Below, one piece after another: positions 26,384-38,420 of a stretch of 64,000 nucleotides of DNA. Numbering within the stretch: the first letter of the stretch is position 1; each line of letters begins with the position of its first letter. The DNA is from Mobula hypostoma (taxonomy: Eukaryota): assembly GCF_963921235.1 (NCBI RefSeq), contig NC_086097.1, positions 6,882,001-6,946,000 on the forward strand, written 5' to 3'. The notes beneath the pieces were generated by a model. The model had not been told where the DNA came from and ran no database searches. It saw only the letters and a program-made list of their open reading frames with translations. The position numbers were made by a program, and so were the translations under genes.

Positions 26384-27056
26384 TAGATTAGATTATGAGG
26401 ACACGCAGTCCTCTTTTATTGTCATTTAGTAATGCATGCATTAAGAAATGATACAATGTTTCTCCAGAATGATATCACAGAAATACAAGACAAACCGACT
26501 GAAAAACTGACAAAAACCACATAATTATAACATATAGTTACAACAGTGCAAAGCAATACCGTAATTTGATGAAGAACAGACCATGGGCACGGTAAAAAAA
26601 AGTCTCAAAGTCTTTTGAAAGTCCCATCATCTCATGCAGATGGTAGAAGGAAGAAAAAAAACTCTTCCTGCCATGAACCTCCAGCGCTGCAAACTTGCCG
26701 ATGCAGCATCCTGGAAGCACCCGACCACAGCCGACTCTTGAGTCTGCCTGAAAACTCCGACCAGCCCTCTGACACCGAGCGCCGAGCACCATCTCTGCCG
26801 AGCGCTTCAACCCTGGCCCCGGCAACAGGCAATAAGCAAGGCCGAGGATTTGGGGCCTTCCCCTCCGGAGATTCTTGATCGCACAGTAACACCGGCAGCG
26901 AAGCGGGCATTTCAGAAGTTTCTCCCGGTGTTCCTCTGTGCTTCTCACGGCTGTCTCCATCAAATCAGGATTGTGCATGGCATCCTAGTTAACACATATG
27001 ATATCATTTGGAGGGGACGCGCGCGCTGCGATGCTCCACCATCTTCTCCTCCCTCC
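26384..27056 (-). mobile_element. Non-coding SINE-like retroposon (673 bp), full length
   Basis: 9-bp TSD tctgtatat (26375-26383 / 27057-27065). The 3' end has a gaggac..gtcctc hairpin and an (aatct)n tail. The 5' end is ggagggaggagaagatgg. Second copy at 58310-58795. Confidence 0.85.
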
Positions 27057-27730
27057 TCTGTATATGTACAAAACATTCAATTTCCCTTTCATAAACCCAT
27101 ATTCCAAATCAACATGATTTCACAGTAACAGTACATAACTATCTTCACAGTTCTAAAGATTCCGTCTTTTGGGTGGCACTCTGTTTTTTTCAGGGTAGCA
27201 TCTCTGGTCCTCTGGTGTGCCATCAGGTTTAGTAGGTATCTTGTCAAACACAACATTCTTGGTTGCCAGTGTCACGCTGCAGTCAGTGGCATCATAATTA
27301 GTGAGAAGTAAATCCGGTGACTCGAATGTGTCAATCTTGTTGGTTGCAGTTGACTCAGGTGTGTTCTTAAGTTGCATATCCAGTATCGAGTCCACATGAT
27401 GTCTCCATGTCTGATCTCCAACACGCACTGCGTACATCAATGTTCCAGTTCTCATAGTTATCCTACCGGGTGTCCACTTGTCTTCTCAGTAATCACACAC
27501 TAGGACTTCCTGTCCAATCTCGAAGTTCCTTGCTACTTCACTTGGAACTGGCTGAACTGTACTTCTCCACTTCCCTCTTTAGGTCTGGTTTCATGAGGTC
27601 CATGCAAGATCTCAGATTCCTGCAAATGAACAATATTGCAGGTGTTTAATATGTCATTGCATGAACAGAGTTACAATACACAAAAAGTATGTTGTTCACC
27701 TTGTGCTGCAGAGAAATATCCTCCTTGTCC

Positions 27731-28646
27731 ATTTACACCTCGGACTTCAACTACTGCACAGAGTCTTGTCATCTTCAGAAGTTTTCTGATGACTCTGCCA
27801 TGGTTGGATGCATCAGCAAGGGAGATAAGGCTGAGTACAGGGCTACGGTAGGAAACTTTGTCACATGGTGTGAGCAGAATTATCTGCAGCTTAATGTGAA
27901 AAAGACTAAGGAGCTGGTGGTAGATCTGAGGATAGCTAAGGTACCGGCGACCCCTGTTTCCATCCAGGGGGTCAGTGTGGACATGGTGGAGGATTACAAA
28001 TACCTGGGGATACGAATTGACAATAAACTGGACTGGTCAAAGAACACTGAGGCTCTCTACAAGAAGGGTCAGAGCCGTCTCTATTTCCTGAGGAGACTGA
28101 GGTCCTTTAACATCTGTCAGACAATGCTGAAGATGTTCTACGAGTCTGTGGTGGCCAGTGCTATCATGTTTGCTGTTGTGTGCTGGGGCAGCAGGCTGAG
28201 GGTAGCAGACACCAACAGAATCAACAAACTCATTCGTAAGGCCAGTGATGTTGTGGGGATGGAACTGGACTCTCTGACGGTGTCTGAAAAGAGGATGCTG
28301 TCTAAGTTGCATGCCATCTTGGACAATGTCTCCCATCCACTACATAATGTACTGGTTGGGCACAGGAGTACATTCAGCCAGAGGCTCATTCCACCGAGAT
28401 GCAACACAGAGCGTCATAGGAAGTCATTCCTGCCTGTGGCTATCAAACTTTACAACTCCTCCCTTGGAGGGTCAGACACCCTGAGCCAATAGGCTGGTCC
28501 TGGACTTATTTCATAATTTACTGGCATAATTTACATATTACTATTTAACTATTTATGGTTCTATTACTATTTATTATTTATGGTGTAACTGTAATGAAAA
28601 CCAATTTCCCCCGGGATTAATAAAGTATGACTATGATTATGAATAT
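27731..28646 (+). mobile_element. Rex1/Babar LINE, 5'-truncated, with open RT C-terminal half
   Basis: ORF 27689..28492 has YTSDF, QKFSDD, LQLNVKKTKELVVD, YKYLG, RLYFLRRLRSF. Tail (tatgac)n. Confidence 0.92.
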
Positions 28647-28756
28647 GAGTTCAGTTAACAGAATCTGAAAACAAGGGGTATATCTAAATATTTGATAAGA
28701 TGCATATGAAATGATAACTCACTGGCAGCAGAATTATTAATATCAACACAGTAATA

Positions 28757-29050
28757 ATCACAAGAGGTTCTGTAGATGCTGGAAGTCCAGAGGAACACAC
28801 ACAAAATGCTGGAGGACCAAAACAAAAGAAAATCTGCAGTTGCTGGAAATCAAAGTAATACACACAAAATTCTGGAGGAACTCAGATGGCCAGACAGCAT
28901 CTATGTAAGAGAGTGAACAGTCGACGTTTCGTGCCAAGACCCTTCATCAGGATGCAATTCTGGTGGAAATCCATCTGCAACAAGTAGGATTTCCCGATGT
29001 CTCACTATGTTTATTCCAATCCCCATTCCCATTCCGACATGTCCATTGAT
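28757..29050 (-). mobile_element. PLE pseudo-LTR fragments with a doubled tail and a hammerhead core
   Basis: Two tandem tails (28757-28816, 28820-28953). The - strand reads ctgatgaagggtcttggcacgaaacgtcgactg. A short + strand GIY-YIG-region remnant follows. Confidence 0.7.
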
Positions 29051-29073
29051 GTCAATAGGGGCTAGCCTGTCTC

Positions 29074-30300
29074 ATAGAAACATAGAAAATAGGTGCAGGA
29101 GTAGGCCATTCGGCCCTTCGAGCCTGCACCGCCATTTATTATGATCATGGCTGATCCTCCAACTCAGAACCCTGCCCCAGCCTTCCCTCCATACCCCCTG
29201 ACCCCTGTAGCCACAAGGGCCATATCTAACTCCCTTTTAAACATAGCCAATGAACTGGCCTCAACAGTTTCCTGTGGCAGAGAATTCCACAGATTCACCA
29301 CTCTCTGTGTGAAGAAGTTTTTCCTAATCTCGGTCCTAAAAGGCTTCCCCTCTATCCTCAAACTGTGACCCCTCGTTCTGGACTTCCCCAACATCAGGAA
29401 CAATCTTTCTGCATCTAGCCTGTCCAATCCCTTTAGGATCTTATACGTTTCAATCAGATCCCCCCTCAATCTTCTAAATTCCAACGAGTACAAGCCCAGT
29501 TCATCCAGTCTTTCTTCATATGAAAGTCCTGCCATCCCAGGAATCAATCTGGTGAACCTTCTTTGTACTCCCTCTATGGCAAAGATGTCTTTCCTCAGAT
29601 TAGGGGACCAAAACTGCACACAATACTCCAGGTGTGGTCTCACCAAGGCCTTGTACAACTGCAGTAGTACCTCCCTGCTCCTGTACTCGAATCCTCTCGC
29701 TATAAGTGCCAGCATACCATTTGCCTTTTTCACCGCCTGCTGTACCTGCATGCCCACTTTCAATGACTGGTGTATAATGACACCCAGGTCTCGTTGCACC
29801 TCCCCTTTTCCTAATCGGCCACCATTCAGATAATAATCTGTTTTCCTATTTTTGCCACCAAAGTGGATAACTTCACATTTATCCACATTAAATTGCATCT
29901 GCCATGAATTTGCCCACTCACCCAACCTATCCAAGTCACCCTGCATCCTCTTAGCATCCTCCTCACAGCTAACACTGCCACCCAGCTTCGTGTCATCCGC
30001 AGACTTGGAGATGCTGCATTTAATTCCCTCATCCAAGTCATTAATATATATTGTAAACAACTGGGGTCCCAGCACTGAGCCTTGCGGTACCCCACTAGTC
30101 ACCGCCTGCCATTCTGAAAAGGTCCCGTTTATTCCCACTCTTTGCTTCCTGTCTGCTAACCAATTCTCCACCCACACCAATACCTTACCCCCAATACCCC
30201 CAATACCGTGTGCTTTAAGTTTGCACACTAATCTCCTATGTGGGACCTTGTCAAAAGCCTTTTGAAAATCCAAATATACCACATCCACTGGTTCTCCCCT
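29074..30300 (-). mobile_element. Young 5'-truncated CR1 with an uninterrupted 374-aa RT/C-terminal ORF
   Basis: ORF 29164..30288 (DFQKAFDKV, GVPQGSVLGP, SADD) has no internal stop. (ttctatgt)n tail. Confidence 0.95.
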
Positions 30301-32017
30301 AAAAGAAGCTGACTTGAAATGTCTGATGCCATTTTACTTCATGAACAGTTGGAATTATTCTGACGTCTATTACGGTCAATTGTCACTCACATTTTGCTTG
30401 GGTAAGACAGCTCTGATGAAGGTAGTCCTCAGAGCAGAGACAGTATTTGCTGAGGTGGATAACTTCATTGGAATAACCTCCAGCCACTTTGAATGATTAT
30501 CCAAAGCATTCTGAACATGGAGTCCATGAATGGCCCACCAAGCAACATCAATATATACTCTTTGCCATTCTGATGTCGGCCACTCCCACAGGTGCACTTT
30601 GAACTATTTGGCATCCCAAACAGCTTTTAGCCGAGTCTGCAATCTGTCTATCTATTCCCGGCCACCACACAGAGTGGCTCCGGGTGAGATTCTTCAGCTT
30701 GACTGTACGCAGGTGACCTTTATACTGATCTTCTAACACTCTGGTATGCAGTTTAGAGGAAACTTTGACATACCAACTTTTTGTCTCAGCTCGCTGAGAA
30801 CTCTGGAAACATGGAGTTACCTTGAGCTGGCCAGCCTTGCATGGTGATTTCATAGACTTGTGGCAATATCGGGTCATTCCTTATTTCTCTTTGTATTTCG
30901 GAATTTGTTACCAGCAACTAGTCACCAGTACAGTGTAGAAACTTTTGCTGGGTCACAACATTAAGATTTTTCTTCTTCAGTTACCAGCAGTGGAAGGTGT
31001 GACTGGTTATCAGCATTGCTGTGTTGTTTGGTACTTTTGGTACTATATCATAAGAGTGGGCTCCTAGTAATATTGCCCAATGTTATAATCGAATAGTGGT
31101 CATCATTGGAATTCCCTTCCCAGGATTGAAAATTGACACAAGGGGCTGGTGATCTATCACTAGCATAAACTCCTGTCTATAAAGGTAGTGGAGGAACTTC
31201 TTTATTCCCCATTCTAGACCAAGGGCCTCTCAGTTGATCTGTGCAGTGTTGTGTTCTGTGTTCATTAGTGATCTTGAAGAAAATGCAATCAGATGTGTGT
31301 GACAAAATGGGTTCAATGCCATAAGGGGATGCATCAAATGCCAGTGTGATGGGCAAAAATGGGTCATAATGGGTGAGCAGTTCATCTCATGTTATTAGTC
31401 TCTTTGTTTCCTTGAATTGGCTTTCACATCTTTCTGACCATTCCCACTTTGTACCTGTCTGTAACAGTGAGGTCAATGGATGCAGCACTGTGGCAAAGTT
31501 TGGGAGAAACCAGTGGTATTAGTTTAGAAGTATGACCTGAGTTGTGACATCTTCTTTTGTTTGGGTGCCTGAAACACTGCTTCAGTCTTCTCTTGGGACA
31601 TAGGTAAGCCATGCTTGTCAATAACATGTCCACAATATGAGACTTCATTCTTGAAAAGCTCACATTTCTCTCTCTATGCACGCAGACTATACTCACTCAG
31701 CCTGGTAAGCACTTAACCAAGGTTCTGGAGGTGCTCTTCATCATTCTTCCCAGTCACGATGATGTCATCAAGGTAGCACTATATTCCTGAGATATCTTGG
31801 AGTACTTTGTCCTTTGCGCTTTGACAAATTGCTGGAGATGATGTGATGCCAAAGATGAGACAATTATAACGAAACAGTCCCTTGTGAGTGTTCGTTGTGA
31901 GGAACTTCCTGCTTGACTCCTCAATCTCCATTTGCAGATAGGCTTGTGACAAGTCAATCTTTGAAAATTTCCCATTGCCTGCTGTGACAAGAATACACAT
32001 AGATAAGATGTTAGCTG

Positions 32018-32161
32018 CATACATCAAAGTTGCTGGTGAACGCAGCAGGCCAAGCAGCATCTATAGGAAGAGGTGCAGTCGACGTTTCAGGCCGAGACCC
32101 TTCGTCAGGACTAACTGAAGGAAGAGTGAGTAAGGGATTTGAAAGCTGGAGGGGGAGGGGG
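32018..32161 (-). mobile_element. Young PLE pseudo-LTR fragment inside the solo LTR
   Basis: Nearly identical to 49322-49465. Flanked by the 12-bp duplication agatgttagctg (32006-32017 / 32162-32173). Confidence 0.9.
32077..32112 (-). ncRNA. Minimal type I hammerhead ribozyme motif, intact core
   Basis: The - strand reads AGTC CTGACGA AGG gtctcgg CCT GAA ACGT C GACT. Confidence 0.8.
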
Positions 32162-34817
32162 AGATGTTAGCTGTCCTGTGTGATCAGCAGTTGGTCTGTC
32201 ACCTGTCTTCAGGAGAGAGAGAGATAAGGAAAACAATGGAGTAGCATTGGAGATGTGTAATGAAGGGGAAGGAGAGCTGTCAAGAGCCGCTCCCCCTTTG
32301 AACCCTGAACTGTTTGAAGTGATGGACAGGCGATACCCCAGCAGGGGGATAAAAAGGGACAGGTTCGCTAAGGCAGACACACATGACACTCGAGGTAACG
32401 AGACCCTGGAAGCGGTGCGCCTCTCACAAGTCGGTGGGAAGCTTTTGCACGGCTGATCAAGGGATCAAGCCATGAACGCACAGGGTGGAAAGGCACGATC
32501 GGCGGGAACCTGGTGTGTGTCCACCCTTGCCTGGGTGCCAGGTTCAGCGCAGGGAAACGATCGTATCTGGAAACGGAGGGGTCACGGTCGGTGACCTCAG
32601 ATGACATCACAAAGGACTCGCCCGACAGCTGACTGCGAAGGTCTGTGTGTGGAAGCTGTGTTGAATATTCATTCGTTTTGCTCTCTCTCCTCCCCCCCCT
32701 CCCCCCCACTGTCCATCGCCACAGCAATGATTACTGCGAACTGAACTAAATTGAACTGAACTTTGTGTCACTTTGAAACTGGTCATTTGCCCCTAGACAA
32801 CGATAGAGCTTGATTGATCCTGAATTCTGTGTACATGTATGTTTATCATTGCTGAACTGTTGCATTCAGTATCCTTTTGATTAGAGTACTGTGTTGCTTG
32901 TTTCTTTAATAAAACTTTCTTAGTTCTAGTAATCCAGACTCCAACTGAGTGATCCATTTCTGCTGGTTTGGCAACCCAGTTACAGGGTACATAACACTGC
33001 CAAAGATGAAAAAATGTCTTCTATTCATGCCAGGGGATACTGCACAGTACGCAGCACTGGCCTGATGCTTACTTTGAAATCCTCACATATGCAAACGACA
33101 CCAGCCTATTCCTTTCTTGATTACTGGAACAATGGGCATGACCCAATCACTCCACTCAACCTTGGAGAGAATTCAAATGCCTCCAGGTTCTGAAGTTCAG
33201 CATCCACTTTAGGATGTAGTGCATAAGGCAATGGACACACTATATGGAATCTTGATATTGCTGCTTCATCCAGTTCAATTCTGCCCCTCATGCCTTTTAG
33301 TTTGACAATCTTCTTCTCAAACACCTTCTCATTAGCATTAAGCACTTGTGCCTGTCTCCGGTTAATGCGACCATTTGGACTTGTTGCCTGTTGATGCCAC
33401 ACTGAGAACTTTGACTGAGTGCCAGCCTAGTTGGATTTTTCTCAACCATTCACATCCGAAAAGTGCTGGCTCTCCATTTTTCAATATATAAAGCTCTAAC
33501 TGCTTTGTTTGGCCACCATACATCACATTTACTTTCAGATGCCTTTGGGAGACGTTTTTTCACCTGTGTAGATCTATCACATCACTGAGGTCTTCTCTAA
33601 TGGGGGCTTTGAAAACAGTCTGTTGTTGTCAGCCTCTGGAAATGTTGACAAAGCTGACCCTGTATCCAGCTCCATTTTCAGTTTTACAACAGACATATCT
33701 ATTGTGATCCAAATGATTTTGTGATCTGCTTCAGTTATACAATGCAGTTCTAAGTGTGACAGCTCACCCTTGTCAGACTCTGTGTTGTTTGATTCTGTTT
33801 CACATTTGGTCTCTTTATGCATTTGCTTAGTTTTGTGTTTGAAAGTTTTCACTCGGTTGTGTTTTTGTCTGTCTTGCACACTCTCGCTACGTGACCTTGT
33901 CCGTGACACTGTCAGCAAACTTTTCCCTTAAACCAACAGCCATTTACATCATGGGAAGATTTGCCATATTGATAACATTTGAGGGTTTTTGCATCAATCA
34001 GGGACATTTTGTGCATTTCACTTTCTCACCTCTTTTCTGTAGTTCTGTTGCAGTCTCTAACAATATTGCAATGGCCAATGCCCATTCTAAGGTTAGGTCT
34101 TTTTCTGCAGTAAACTCTTTTGAATGCTTTGATTATGTATGCCACATACAAACCTGTCCCTGAATGCATCAGAAAGTCCATCTCTAAACTCACAGTACTG
34201 GGAAAGTTTGTGCAGTTCTACAATGTATTCAGAAATGCTTTCATCCTTTGACTGGTTCCTTTTGTGAAATCTAAATATCTCAACCTTTACCAGCAGTTTA
34301 GGGGGTCAAGTGATTCTGTAAAATTGCAACAATTTCATTGAATGTCTTGCTTGCTGGCTTTTCAGTGGTTACTAAGTTGCATGAAAGACTGATGTCATTG
34401 CACTCATTAAGCTATGAAGTATTGGGGCTTTCTTTTGCTCCTCCACATTGTTTGTGTTACAGTTCAACCCTCTCGATATACAACTCCCAGCCTTCATTAG
34501 TGCTATCAAATTCATCAGCTTTCCCGACTGAAGCCATCATCACATTATTTTCACTTCACATTTTGCTAGTTGCACGTCTTTCACTGTGTATTCTGCTGCA
34601 CTGAAGTGTTCCTTTGTTAGCGTCCGTGATGGATTCATACTGTTTAACTCTTTCCTCCCACTGTTTCGTCCCATAACTGTCGGTGCAGGTCGTGATATTT
34701 TCTGACGTTCAGGTTCATACTTGTTGCCAATTTGCTGTGTGTGTGCACAATGACATATTGATTAAACAAAAGCACACACGTGGGAGATGGCTTTAACTGG
34801 TGTATTCACACTGCAGC

Positions 34818-34843
34818 GAGAGAGAGAGAGAGAGAGAGAGAGA
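34818..34843. repeat. (GA)n microsatellite in the Gypsy 5' LTR
   Basis: Pure GA run, longer than the equivalent run in the 3' LTR. Confidence 0.9.
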
Positions 34844-37104
34844 AAACAACAGGCATGTGTCGAGAACAGACCAATGTGTGTAAACAACAGATCAATACGT
34901 ATGTAGTGATAAGGGGAATCATTACTTTAAAAGGAATAGATCCATTTATTATATTGGACTCACTTGTAACTCCCCCATTTCCCACACATCTTTCCTTACC
35001 CATCCTCCTGTTGCCATAACAGGGATAGAGTTCACCTTGATCGTACCTACTACCCCATGCGCCTCTGTATCCATCACATCATTTTGCATAACCTCCATCA
35101 TCTCCAGTGGGATCCTACAAAAAAGTATGTTTTCCCTTTGCCCCTCTCTCTGCTTCCCATAGGATCATGCTCTATGTGACTCCCTGATCCACTCATTCCT
35201 CCCCACTGATCTCCCTCCCGGCACTTATCCCTGCAAGTGGGACGAGCGCTATACTTGCTCCTACACCTCCTCCCTCATCACCCAAACAGTCCTTCCAGGT
35301 GAGGCAACAGTTCTCCTGCGAGTCTGTCAGGGTCACCTACTCTGTCTGGTGTTCCAGGTGCAGTCTTCTCTGCATCTGTGAGATTCAATGTAGATTGGGG
35401 AAGTGCATTGTCAAATACCTTTGCTGCATCCACTGCAAGAAGCAGGGTCTCCCAGTGGCTACTGACTTCAGTTGGACTTCTTGTTCCCATTCTGAAATGT
35501 TTGGCAATGGACTTCTCTACTGCCACAAAACAACCAAACCCAGGTGGAAGGACCAAACACCTCATATTCTGTTTGGGTAGCTTCCAACCTGATGGCACCA
35601 ACACTGATTTCTCCAGCTTCCGATTATTTCTCCTTCCTCCCCTCTTTATCTATTCTCTATTCTAGTTACTCCCTCACCCTTTCTCTTCTCCTCAGGTACC
35701 CATCACCTCCCTCTGGTTCCCACTTCCTTCCCTTTCTTCCATTGTCCACGTTCCTCAGATTCCTTCTTCTTCAGCCTCTACCACCTCCCAGGTTCTCACT
35801 TCATCTTCCCTGCCCAAACCCACCTACCTTCCACCTCACCTGGACTCACCTATCACTTGCCAGCTTGTTCTCCTTGCCCAACCCCCACTTTCTGTATTAC
35901 ATATTATTATAGACTTACAGTGCAGAAGTCCTTTCAGCCCAATGAACCACACTGCCAAGCCTATTTATCCCTAGTCTAATCAGAGGACAATTTACAATAA
36001 CTAATTCGCCGACTGACAGGTGTGTCTTTGGACACTGGGAGGAAACTAGAGCACCCAGAGGCAACCCGCACAGTCATGGGATGACGTCTATTATTAAGGA
36101 CCCCCATCACCCAGGACATGCCCTCTTCTCATTGCTACCATCAAGAAGGAGGTACAGAAGACCGAAGCAACACACTCAGTGATTCAGGAACAGCTTCTTC
36201 CACACTGCCATCTGATTTGTAAATGGATATTGAACCCATGAGCACTCTCACTGATTTTTATTATTTCTGTTTTGCATTACTATTTTTAATTTAACTAATT
36301 ATTATACATACGTGTACTTACTCTAATTCATTATTTTTTCTATATTTATCATGTATTGCACTGTACTGCTGCTGCTATGTGAACAAATTTCATGACACAT
36401 GCCGGTGATATTAAACCTGATTCTGATTCTTACAGACAGCAGTGAAATTGAACTCCGATCTCCAATGCCCCAAGCTGTAATAGCGCTCTGCTAACTTATT
36501 CTGGCTTCTGCCCCCGTCCTTTCCAGTCCTGATGAAAGGTCTCAGCTGACTGTCTGTAATGCTCCATTGATGCTCCCCGTCTTGCTGAGTTGCGCGAGCA
36601 TTCTGCGTGTGTACCTACCTTTAATGTTTTCGCAAAGAGTATCAGCCTCACTCAAAAAAGAGTGGGACCCCTTGTCTTTCTGAATGCCTGTTAAACATCT
36701 GTTTAAACCGCCTACTGAACATTTAGAACCAATGAACACAGATGTCACTGAAATGCAAATAAAACTCTGACTTAATATACAAATAATTTTCTTTTTTTTC
36801 AGGACCAGTGTTCTGATCCACTAGACCCGGACTTCTGAGATCGTGAGAGTGGAACTGCGCCAGTGCAGTAGCTTTTCTGCTTTAAAAACTCTCCCGCACA
36901 GGTTTCCTGTCTTCAGTGGACACAATGGACGACCACCACTGTTCTGAAGACCAGCCTTCAAATTCCACATAATACTGAATAGATAATAATCCTGATATGT
37001 GGTTAGAAGTTAGAGTCTGCGTGACAAATCTTAGGAACTCATTAGAATGAGACAATACACCAGTCATCATCAGCTCTATATTGCAGTGAGTGCTTTAGGA
37101 TTTA

Positions 37105-37342
37105 CTTATCTGCACATAAATCAGATATCGCCTTAATAATTAAATCATTTAGAGGCAGTGTGTTGCTCAACACGTACTCCTGCACCCTGGAATATGTCAG
37201 TCGGCAGCATTCCTTGACCAACATCCCGATGTTCAGGCAGACCAAAAATCTCTGGGCCAACCAAAGGGTATCTATCACTGAGTTGATGATCTGCCAGCAG
37301 TACTTGATGTCTTTCTCTGTGCGTGTCCCTAGGAACAGCCTG
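37105..37342 (-). mobile_element. L1/Tx1-like LINE C-terminal remnant
   Basis: One - frame reads LFLGTRTEKDIKYCWQIINSVIDTLWLAQRFLV...ECCRLTYSRVQEYVL, which resembles Tx1-clade ORF2 C-termini as I recall them. Confidence 0.65.
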
Positions 37343-37984
37343 TAGGTAGAAATTCATCCATTGTCTAATGCACTAAACTTATACATCTTAGATTTGGGTC
37401 AATCTTACATTTTAGGAATGAAATTCAGTGCAGTTACAACAAAAGTTGAGTTTCTCATCCTTGAATGTATAATGTGAGTTGATGTATTGCATGTATCATG
37501 AACTGCAAACTTAAATTCTGAAGGAATTTCTTCACCAAACCTCAAAGCCTTCATTAAAATAAAAGCTGGTTTGAGCACCGGACGTTTGGTGAAAAAAAAG
37601 TTGTCCTTGATTTTTCCCCTTGCCCCTTTTGAAATGAGAATGAATGTATCACAGTCCTGTCATCCAGCTAAGAAACTCAAGCTATGAAATAGCTGTGCTG
37701 TTACAGGCTGAGATTCACAGTCTGCAAGGAAGGATATTTGCATTGAGGACACACGTGTTAAATTACTGAGAGATATTAATAGCTTAAGCAAATATGAAAA
37801 ACTGTGGTAATTGGATTTCTTTTTAATGAAATGTGAGGTCACATTCCTTGGATGAAGAATTTTCTACATGGTGTAAAGGTTAAAAGTGAACACCAATGAG
37901 ACAGAGGAATTCATGTACCGAGTGAAGACAATGAGATAGTACCTCGCGAGTAAAGCCTTCGAAACTTTAAGCACATCTACATGA

Positions 37985-38420
37985 AATATTATTGTCAGAA
38001 AGCAGTATTCATCATTAGAGATCCCAGCCACCCAGGCCTTGCTCTTTTTTCGTTGCTACCATCACGTAGAAGATACAGGAGCCTCAGGACTCACGCCACC
38101 AGGTTCAAGAACAGTAACTACCCCTCAACCATTCGGCTGTTAAACAAAAGAGGATAACTACACTCACTTGCTCATCCATTGAAATGTTCTCACAACCAAT
38201 GATCTCACTTTACGGTCTCTTTATCTTGTTATGTCATGTTCTCATTATTTATTGCTATTTGTTGTCTTCTGCACTCTGGGTGATCTCTCATTGATCCTGT
38301 TATAGTTACTATTCTATAGATTTGCTGAGTATGCCCACAGGAAAATGAATCTCGGAATTGTAGTTGGTGATATCTACGGCATGTTCTTTGATAATACAAT
38401 TTACTTTGAACTTTGAACAT
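37985..38420 (+). repeat. Rex1-tail-type SINE-like repeat
   Basis: tcattagagatcccagccaccc...caggaaaatgaatctc...atttactttgaactttgaac. Related copies at about 330-560, 36085-36430 and 50300-51930, plus many on the - strand. Confidence 0.7.

Larger units (their letters stand above)
31983..32996 (+). mobile_element. Solo LTR of the 17438-18293 family, inserted in the Gypsy RT
   Basis: Ends tgtgac...cataaca, 4-bp TSD ctgc (31979-31982 / 32997-33000), aataaa near 32908. It splits the RT between ..SSLA and GNGKFSKIDL. Confidence 0.92.
22063..34953 (-). mobile_element. Gypsy (Mag-like) LTR retrotransposon, decayed provirus
   Basis: 5' LTR 34733-34953; 3' LTR 22063-22229 plus 26323-26342. PBS-like tggcaacaag follows the 5' LTR and PPT aaagggggaagaat precedes the 3' LTR. 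Gag from about 34537 (MASVGKADEF), protease LDTGS, RT FSKIDLSQAYLQM, integrase VSDN. TSD ttggc/ttgga. Confidence 0.9.
21570..36612 (+). mobile_element. Penelope-like element (RT, GIY-YIG, pseudo-LTRs), split by nested insertions
   Basis: Inverted pLTR at 21570-21750. RT remnant at 21760-22062 (resembles FASNFHP..PFLDL..SYLDY..SQFL). The body resumes at 34954 with a degenerate GIY-YIG/CxxC region (ORF 35299..35580, VTYSVWCSRCSLLCICE). pLTR at 35600-35890 plus 36497-36612. Degenerate TSD gcctatcttcactg / acctacctttaatg. Confidence 0.8.

Noticed and set aside
17438..32996. The two 860-bp LTRs as ends of one provirus or a giant TIR element
   Set aside because: They are inverted and each has its own distinct 4-bp TSD.
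37145..37357. Apparent - strand host exon after ctacctacag
   Set aside because: The open frame resembles a Tx1/L1 ORF2 C-terminus, so it is better explained as a LINE remnant.
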